NCBI GenBank assembly: GCA_973851085.1
Contig: OZ316775.1
Span: 8,866,001 to 8,930,000, forward strand
Direction: 5' to 3'
Length of the DNA: 64,000 bases
From: Ptychomitrium polyphyllum
Taxonomy: Eukaryota
Positions 55,896-64,000 of this stretch are shown in pieces. How positions within the stretch are numbered: position 1 is the first letter of the stretch; the number at the start of each line of letters is the position of its first letter. The notes under the pieces are model-generated. The model was not told where the DNA came from, did not search any database, and was given only the letters and a program-made list of their open reading frames with translations. The position numbers and the translations under genes were made by a program.

Positions 55896-58800
55896 TCAAG
55901 TCAGCTTGCGCTGTCTAGTTGCACGTCCTGCTATAGAAGGGGTCAGTTGAGATTGGAATAAAAAGTAATCTAGTCTGGCTAATCTCCCTATAAGCCTACA
56001 CCGCTGGGGCAGGAGTAGGTCTACACGCTCATCCTCGCAGGATTGCTTCTCCTCTCTGCAATACGGGATCATACATTAGTGCTCTCATAGTGAAGTAACG
56101 AGGCAAGACTAGGCATAGCACTTTAAAGCATGTCGATGATCCAACTTGGTTGCAAAACGACTAATGAAAACCAGTGTTTGATCAACAAAAGGGAGCACAA
56201 TCAATACATGATGTTTCATCCAAAGACAAAATATCGTAGTTAGAGGCATAAGTATTGAGGGACTGTCAGAAGGTACCTAACAGCCTCTTGTTGGGAGACA
56301 GAAGGACCCACTTGCCAAGTATCAAGAAAAAGACCGTTGGTAGATGAAATTTTGTTCAAAGCTTGATTAAGACGCAGCTGTGCAATCACTGCAGCTGATT
56401 CTGTACAATTGTCGCCCTTGATATCTTCCGTATAATCGTCGAATGCTAATGTTTGCTGCGCCGTAGAAGCCTGTAAAATAAGCTCAACAAAATCCGAAAC
56501 CTAAGGTTCAGACAGCATTCGGCCAATAGTAGCTTTACTCAATTCCATCACAATCGGCTACATATATCCCATTTGCTTGGAAAGTTTCTTGAAAGGATTT
56601 ATGCACAATTATACGCTTTTAGTCTCCAAGCATAACTACATATGAAAGTCTCGAAGGACTGATATGAACCATCATAGCTGGAAATTCTAAATAAGAAGTA
56701 AAAAAGAAGGCAGCTTCAACCCCGATTCTGTTACTAAAGATCTTAGCACAAGGAAACTTGCTCATTTCTTCAGTTTAAGAAAAAGAGTAGAGGAATCCAA
56801 ACCCAATGAAAGAGATAGGAAATATGAATACCTTGGATCCCGAGGCAGTTCGGCTGGATAGAAAATCACATGCCGAAAGATCGTGCAGAACTTCGTCTAA
56901 TAGAACATTTGTGTCCAAATCTGGACTGATAGATTTGTTCAGCTGCAAACGCACGGGCAGACCTCGCAACGCTGACCATCTCTCCTCCATCATAGAACTG
57001 GCTAAACTACGAATTCTGTGTTCAAGGCTTTTGCTCTCCTCACATGACTGTTCACCTGCACTGGATGGATTTTCGACATCGTTATGAATTGTAAGGTTAG
57101 CTATTGCAACTGGGTTTAAATCAATTTCTCCACCTTTCGATGGTGCATATACACAGGCTTCTTCGATTCCCAAAGGAACACTACTCTCGACAGGGGAATG
57201 AGTGGACTGAGAATCAGCTTCGGCTGTTGCAACTGGAAAATCTACACTTAGCTGGGAAGAATTGACGCCCAAATTAATCACATCAGAATCCAATCTAGGG
57301 ATACAATTGTGTCTACGGATCATCCATTCAGTCTCCGATGAACTTCGAGAATTCAGATTCATGCATTCTTCATTCTCAAGAGTCGGGCCATTTGTATCCA
57401 CACCAGATAGACGCAACTCGCACATGTCCTCATCATGTACAAAATCAGCTTCACGCTCCTCTGAACTGCTGCTCTCATGCCCATTGAATAAAGACAACGT
57501 GTCTTTGATGCATTCATTACTAGCAGACTGAGCAGCAGGGCTGTCGTAAGAGCTCTGGATCAGCTTCGTAAAAGAGAAACTCTCAGAAGCTGCCTTTGCT
57601 TCCTTTCGGGCTGCAGCTTGAAGTTTCCGCAATGCCTTGCGTGCCTGGAACTCAGCATCCTCTTTAACCTGCAGCAAGTTAAACCTCCGGCAAGACCATT
57701 GCGCAACTTCGTGATCCATCATTGCCGTGACGTCCCGGCTAAAATCTTCGAGACAGATAGAAACCCTAGCTGTCAGCTCGCAAGGCTCAGTATTTGGAAA
57801 GAGTAGGGGGAGTACACGATGTTGGCAATCGTGAGAATAGAGCCAGTAAGAATCTAAGGATCTTTTCTTCAAGTTTTTGCTTAAATCAGGTTCATGGAAA
57901 ATGCTGGTATCCGACTTTTCAGAATCGTTCCAAGGTTTCTCTTCTTTACAATTATAATCAGACCCAATGCTGTTAAGCTCCTCGTGGGAGAGCTTCTTGT
58001 CAGACGTATGTATTCTCGTGGCAGGAACCTGAGGACAACCATCTAATTGCAATAAGCAATTAACCAAATTGGGATTTTGCTTACTGATATGTAGATCTCT
58101 CAGATTCTTAACAGCATTAGCATCCTTAAAGTGCTCGGTGTCGGAAGGAGATCCCTGAGCCCAGAATTGGAGTAACATAAGGAGCTTACGAAGGTCATGA
58201 TCGTTGGTTTTCACAATATGTTCGATTATATATGGGCTGCATGATACTCCTTCCGCCATACAAACCTGCGAGAACAAGACACGATTCAATGTTTATATCT
58301 CGTCCAAATTTCTAAAATAGACCAGCTTCTAAAATGCATATCACGTTTCACCAGTAAAACAGGCAGAAATAGATATTAACTAAACAATTATAGTAAAATG
58401 GAAGAAGACTAGATATATATTCGAAACGTAGCTCTCAAACCCGAATAATGTAACGAAAGGACCTACAACTAGCTGAGAGCGAATATAGTAGGATGTATGC
58501 CGCTGGTCAAAAAAGCAAGGAACGTCACCAATGAGCGATAGATGATGTCCTCTTACCATGTATGTATGTGCAACTAGTTCCGCCATTGATGGATGCTCAA
58601 ACCTGATTTCTTGCAGGCTTCTAACCTGTGGCAGAACTGGTTTTTTACCTGGACACAAGCTCCACATGTAAATATTTAACAGAATCTCGGAATCATGTAA
58701 AAGAAAGTTTCCTAGTTTACAAATTCCATCTACTGAACTTCGAATAGGAGAAGACTAAATGGAAGAGGTGTCTTACTGTTGCTGCTAAATATGATTGGGC

Positions 58801-61800
58801 ACTTGGAAGTTCTAGCCAGCAGCACCAGTGCTCCCATAAATCCAGAATCTTCCTCAAACACAATGTCCACATCTTCAAAAAGAATGACTCTTAATCCTCG
58901 CAATGAAGAAGGAGGCAGATTGTTTCGACAACCGCTCTGTAATAGTGGCAGTTGATTTTCAGGCTCTTCGTTAAAGGAAATACTTCTCCGACAAGGCTCT
59001 CCTAGCTTAAGCAATTGCTCAACATCTACCTGTCCGTCCGAAGCGTCCATTGGAGTAGATGAACGCCTGCAAAAAAAGAATCAATGCGTTAGCTGAGTCC
59101 CCTCTTGCCCTGAAAATTTCAACAAGTACGTAAGGACACACAAAGAATTGTAATCTACCGAGAATCCATAAGTGATACTGAACAGGATAGACAGCGCACA
59201 CCTCTTGCTCAGACCATGAGATTCCATAGCCTCTTTAAATTTGTGCTTAATTAATGCTCCACTTCGACATTCAGATGCATTGACCTGGATACATCGGACA
59301 TTGATTTTAAAAAAGGGTAAAGCGGCATTTTCAAAATTGTACTGCTAGCTAAAACACCGTAGCAAAATATTTTCTTAATAACCCTACAATCTAAATCCAA
59401 GTCCGTGTCTGTAGCATTATTTTAATAAGGTCAGTCCAGTCCATAAAATCAGGTCAATATCAACATGGACGTCTGGTCTAAACTTCAGCCATTTGAAATC
59501 CACAACCCTATCATATCACTGCCTATGTTCTATACGCAATCTTTCGCCGCCTTAATAGGAATACTAGGTAGTTCAAGATATAAATCTTGACAACAATAAT
59601 TGTTTATACAACTGGCACTAAGTTCAGCTTTGAGAACACACCTCAATGACAGTAAAGCCATGTTCCATGGAACATGCATAAATAGCTGCAGACTTCCCGC
59701 ACTACACCCCAATACAGATCACAAATCATCAAATTTTATGACTCGTGCAAATACCGAAAATAAGTAGAAATATAGACATTGCAGATTTCTGCCCAACAAT
59801 ATTCTGCCGTGCAGCGAAACACAAAAATATAAGAATACCTTGTAGGCAACGTATTATAACTAGAAAAGATCATCGACACAGTTACGAACAGAAAACCTAG
59901 GAAAAAATCTAAACTTTCAGAAACACGTAAAGTGACAAACGTTGAGTAGGCTCACCCCAACAGGTCCTGTAACAAGGAGACAATTATGCAAATCGTCATT
60001 GTCATCAATTTCAGAAGGTGAATCTTCAAAATCGCTGTCATCGTCACTGGAGCTGCACTCAGCCTGTTCTTTATTCTTCGATGCACCCTTTTGTTGAAGA
60101 ATTTTTTCTCCCCAGCTCTGAAGCCACGCGCTTAGACGCTTGACACACTCCTTATTTCCACAAACCTAAAAGAACCATACACTCAAATGCTTTAAAACAC
60201 CTAATGGCATAGGCAAATTGCAAGAGAAACAACTCACAAAATGGTTACCAACTAGTAATTACGAAAGATTTTATCAATCAAATGTAATAATACTCAAACC
60301 TTCACATTGTCACGAACTATGGATTCCAGTTTCTGAACCAGTAACACTAGCGCAAGGAACAACAGGAAGCAGATACTGAAACATTGACGTTTAGGCAAGA
60401 GATTAATGACCTCTTGAGAGGTGTGAGGTTGATATTGATCAGTCCACAATGGATTCCGACTGCTGTTGGATTTAACTTGGCGATCTATAAAAGGTAGTAG
60501 CGCTGAATTTTGCTCGAAAGAATCTATATGTGCATGAGGATAGTAATACGTGGAAAACCTGCAAAACAATAATTAGTACTCCTTTAACTTCGGTCTTGCA
60601 CACAAAAAGGAGTACGAACATTAAACGAAATATATACACGATCGAAGCCTGATGAAAGGTACTAACATGTGCGAAGTGGGCATAATGGTTAGAAATTTAG
60701 CTGATTCAGAATTCAACTGCGCGGGGTTTAGTAGAAGACATGAGAAAGAAACGATACTCACTTCTCCACTAGCTTCTGTGTTTCAGACTCCACTTCCTCA
60801 CCGAGAAAATATTGTAAACCTGCCTCTTTATCCTGTGGCAGCATAGTAACAACCTGTTCAGCACTACGGAATGGAAATCCAAATTCTGACAATCCGAAAT
60901 CCCACAAGGTTAAGGATGGTACTTCCTGATATTGTAATCATTCTAGGAACCATCTTAACCTAAAATATCATTCATTACGCATAAGGTTACACGCCTGAAC
61001 GCTTGAACTAGCCTGAACGCTTGAACTAGCCTGAACGCTTGAACTAGCCTTCACTAGTTCTTGACAATTACGCCGGCATCATAACAGCCTTGCGTGAATT
61101 TCTACTAAATGTTGACACAAGCCTAAAGAGAGCTATTCGTTTCACACTTGGCTTGGAAGCGGTCTTTAGTTTACACCACTCTGTTGCGGTGCATACCCTC
61201 AGGTATTCAATAACACGTCCAAAAGCAGCAACTTCTGAAATGGGTTCTCCCCTCCTTTTCCGTTTCTTTGAGGACGGCCAAGTCCAAGTATATGAAGGCT
61301 GGTAGCTTGAGAATGACCATGTCCCCTCAATTTCTCCACCACCTGATTTTACAGGCATATTACGCCGTGTCCAGTTTGGAGACCATGCCAGCTTTTCATC
61401 TTCCTCCTACATATCCTCATCCCACCACCAGTCCGCTGTAAACAAGCGCATCTAACGCAGGTTATCGTCATAAGGAAATCCGATTTTGAAACAAGATTAG
61501 TCTAAGAAATCATTGTTAGCAGCTTCCCAATATATCATAAATGTGACAGTTTATAAAACCCAAGATCTTACCGGCGAGTTTTGTGTTATGTGGAAAGGCA
61601 GACAAGGATGCAGACAATCAGTTTCGTAATTAAATGAGGACTCGTCAACTGCACTGGCCTTAACACTTCCTAAAGTTTGTCGAGCAAAGAAAGGGTGAGG
61701 CGGCTTGAGGGGGCTTGACCGAAGAGTCTTCTGCAGAAAAATGTTAAAATTTGAAGATGATATAACGGGAGAAAATAAATAATATGACAGCTTAATAGAA

Positions 61801-63543
61801 GAGGATCAGATTGATAAAGTTATTAAGGTTACAAACATGTAGTGATTTTGTTGATGATTGTTCTACACAATGCAGAGCAACCATAGGAACCATGCCTTAA
61901 ATTTGGAAAAAAACCTTGTATCACGAATCAACGCACAGCTTTTAGAGAACTAGGAGGATGAGTGTGCAGTTATAGGCATGAGTATCCAGAGGATTCAAGA
62001 TCCATACCTCAGCACGATCTGGTGCTGAGTAAAGACTTCGACAATTCGCACTCTGTGCTGTTTCATCTGTAACTAGGCATCCTGCACCACCCGCCTTTGG
62101 GCGTGCAAAGAAGGGGTGGGTTGCCTTGCCTGCACTTAACCTCGCATTCTCCTGCAAAAAGTCCAAAGGAATTCAACACAAAATCAGGATGATTACGTAA
62201 ATTATCAAGCTAAAGCTGGTAGAACCTTACAAATCAAGGGTACCCTCCCATGTGTCCATGTTACATTGAACACCAGCTAGGCAGCTGCTTAACTCAAAAG
62301 CAGCTAAGTTCAACCAATACAAAATCTTAAACAGTACATAAATATGACCAGACTTTACTGTCTTACCTCAGCTGCAAGCCTTGCTTGCAGAAAAAGGTCG
62401 GAACCATGCACTCCAATACATGGCTTGTTATCAATCACATTCTGCTGCGCCTTCCGTTTCTTCTTTGACGGTGACGCCTTGGATTGGTTTTTGGTGAGTG
62501 AGGCTGCCATTTCGTGCTTTTGTTCTGAAAATGAGAGATCAAACGTTACACGACGTAATTCAAACTACAAGCCAAGTACTTGCGACACGTAACTCCAGAG
62601 GAAAAGTTACCAGCCGAACGCTAGAGGAAATTAGTCCAGCTATCAACAAAAAGTTGATCCACATTAGTAATTCCCAATTGCTAGAACCGTCTGAGTGTTA
62701 TGTGAGCTATGTCTATCTCAACATTCACAACTTTTCTCAACCATAAAAGGTGGACGTGCACAGGATATGGGTCTAACGAATGTACCAAGAGAGCGATCAG
62801 GTCCCGTCTGTGCATCTAACAGAGGAGGTGCATTCTCTACCTCCTTTTTCTGATCCTTCCCTACTTTTGCCTTCTTCTTTGATGGTTTAATGTCAGATAC
62901 TGTTGCCAAGGTCGCTGCGGGTTCCTGAATTGGTTCAGCAATACACGAATAAGAACATCCTTCATTCTAAATCAGAGACACCTAATCCAGTCAGCCATTG
63001 GGAGAACCATAAAAACCGGAGCAGCACAGACCCACAGGTCCCATCCAAAACAATCCTTCCTTGACACAGTCGCAAATTTGGAACACCAACTCCTCCGAAC
63101 ACATTAGCATGCCTCTTACACCCATCTTCTGTTATGAATCGACAAACAAATTCTCGTTGAGAACCATCCTTCCACACATACCAAACGCGGCCATCGAAAC
63201 AACTATTGTGAAAATTCAGCACCAGATTATTCTCCCACTTGGTAGTGTGCTAGATGAAATTGCATTGTGAGGTGCCTGACAATTATCAATCAGTACAAAT
63301 AACATCCCACAGATTGCTCCCCAGCATGTGATAACTCCCCAGCACAAACACTACCTGAAAATCATCATCCTTCCTCTCCTCCTCCACTTTCTTGCCAACC
63401 TCTACACTCGCCGCAACCCTAACCTTCTTCGACAACGGAGTGAAAAAACTAGCCGCAACTTTGGAACTCTTCTTCGCCTTTACCCCTGGCTCATCTCCCA
63501 CCAATCCATGCGAGTGCTCATCCTTCCCACCCTCACCAGCCAT
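55896..63543 (-). CDS. ELG1/ATAD5-like RFC-like clamp-unloader large subunit (AAA+ ATPase), many exons
   Basis: ATG at 63543 (MAGEGGKDE...). Spliced motifs LWTDQYQPHTSQEVCGN, Walker A LLVTGPVG|CGKSAAIYAC, EVNASECRSG, Walker B-like VILFEDVDIVFEEDSGFMGAL...SKCPIIFSSN and DLRKLLMLLQFW are diagnostic of ELG1/ATAD5. Large exon 58265-56832. Last in-frame exon 56055-55896 (3' end less certain). Confidence 0.9.
60993..61050. repeat. 18-bp tandem repeat (GCCTGAACGCTTGAACTA) x3 in an intron of the ELG1-like gene
   Basis: Directly visible, perfect copies. Confidence 0.93.
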
Positions 63544-64000
63544 CTTGCATACCAATCACAACACCCACACTCCCCCTCATGATCCCCAAAACCCCAAACC
63601 CACAGCCGTACTCCCTCCCACCCCATCCAACAAGAGAAAACCCATCTCCACCTCCAAATCAGCTCGCCTTAGTACCCCCACACAAAGAGGACCACTTTCA
63701 TCCCAACACCGATCAATGGTGAATGGCAACCATGTGAGGACCCTGGAACCCTAACCCTACGAGATGCATGAGGGCCATCACCAGCAGAGTGAGAGACGAA
63801 AGGGGTCGAGCATAGCCGATCAGTCCCGGTTCCAGTTCGGGGGAGGCGCTTTGAGGAACAAAGCTGGAGCGAGAGGAGTTGATGGATGGAGTACGAGGGG
63901 ATGGGAAGCGGCGACGACGTGCGATGAGAGCGAGGGGAGCATGACATCAGAGCAGCAACGGCAACGACACTCCAAATGCAAAATAAACTCTAGAACTATT

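Overview
Eukaryotic, intron-containing land-plant genomic DNA (gene content and composition suggest a moss or other bryophyte; this is inference). I could reconstruct nine protein-coding genes by reading GT-AG exons in frame: a TMEM184/LAZ1-like (Ostalpha) membrane protein (+), an intronless GC-rich F-box gene (+), an OPT oligopeptide transporter (-), proteasome AAA-ATPase RPT4 (+), a DAGK-family sphingoid long-chain-base kinase (LCKB2-like, +), a CYP71-clan cytochrome P450 (+), two LONELY GUY (LOG) cytokinin-activating enzymes (both -, about 14 kb apart), and an ELG1/ATAD5-like RFC-like ATPase (-). Non-coding features: a perfect 9-bp minisatellite that reads (Asp-Cys-Gly)27 upstream of the OPT gene, smaller tandem repeats, a diverged dispersed repeat, a small MITE-like insertion and long AT-rich deserts. 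Best leads, all speculative: a P450 + 2xLOG neighbourhood as a possible cytokinin-modifying cluster; a glutathione-like (DCG)n ORF next to an OPT transporter; an apparently spliced non-coding leader upstream of OPT; and overlapping upstream ORFs at three genes. No tRNA, rRNA, CRISPR or intact transposase/retroelement ORF was recognised.
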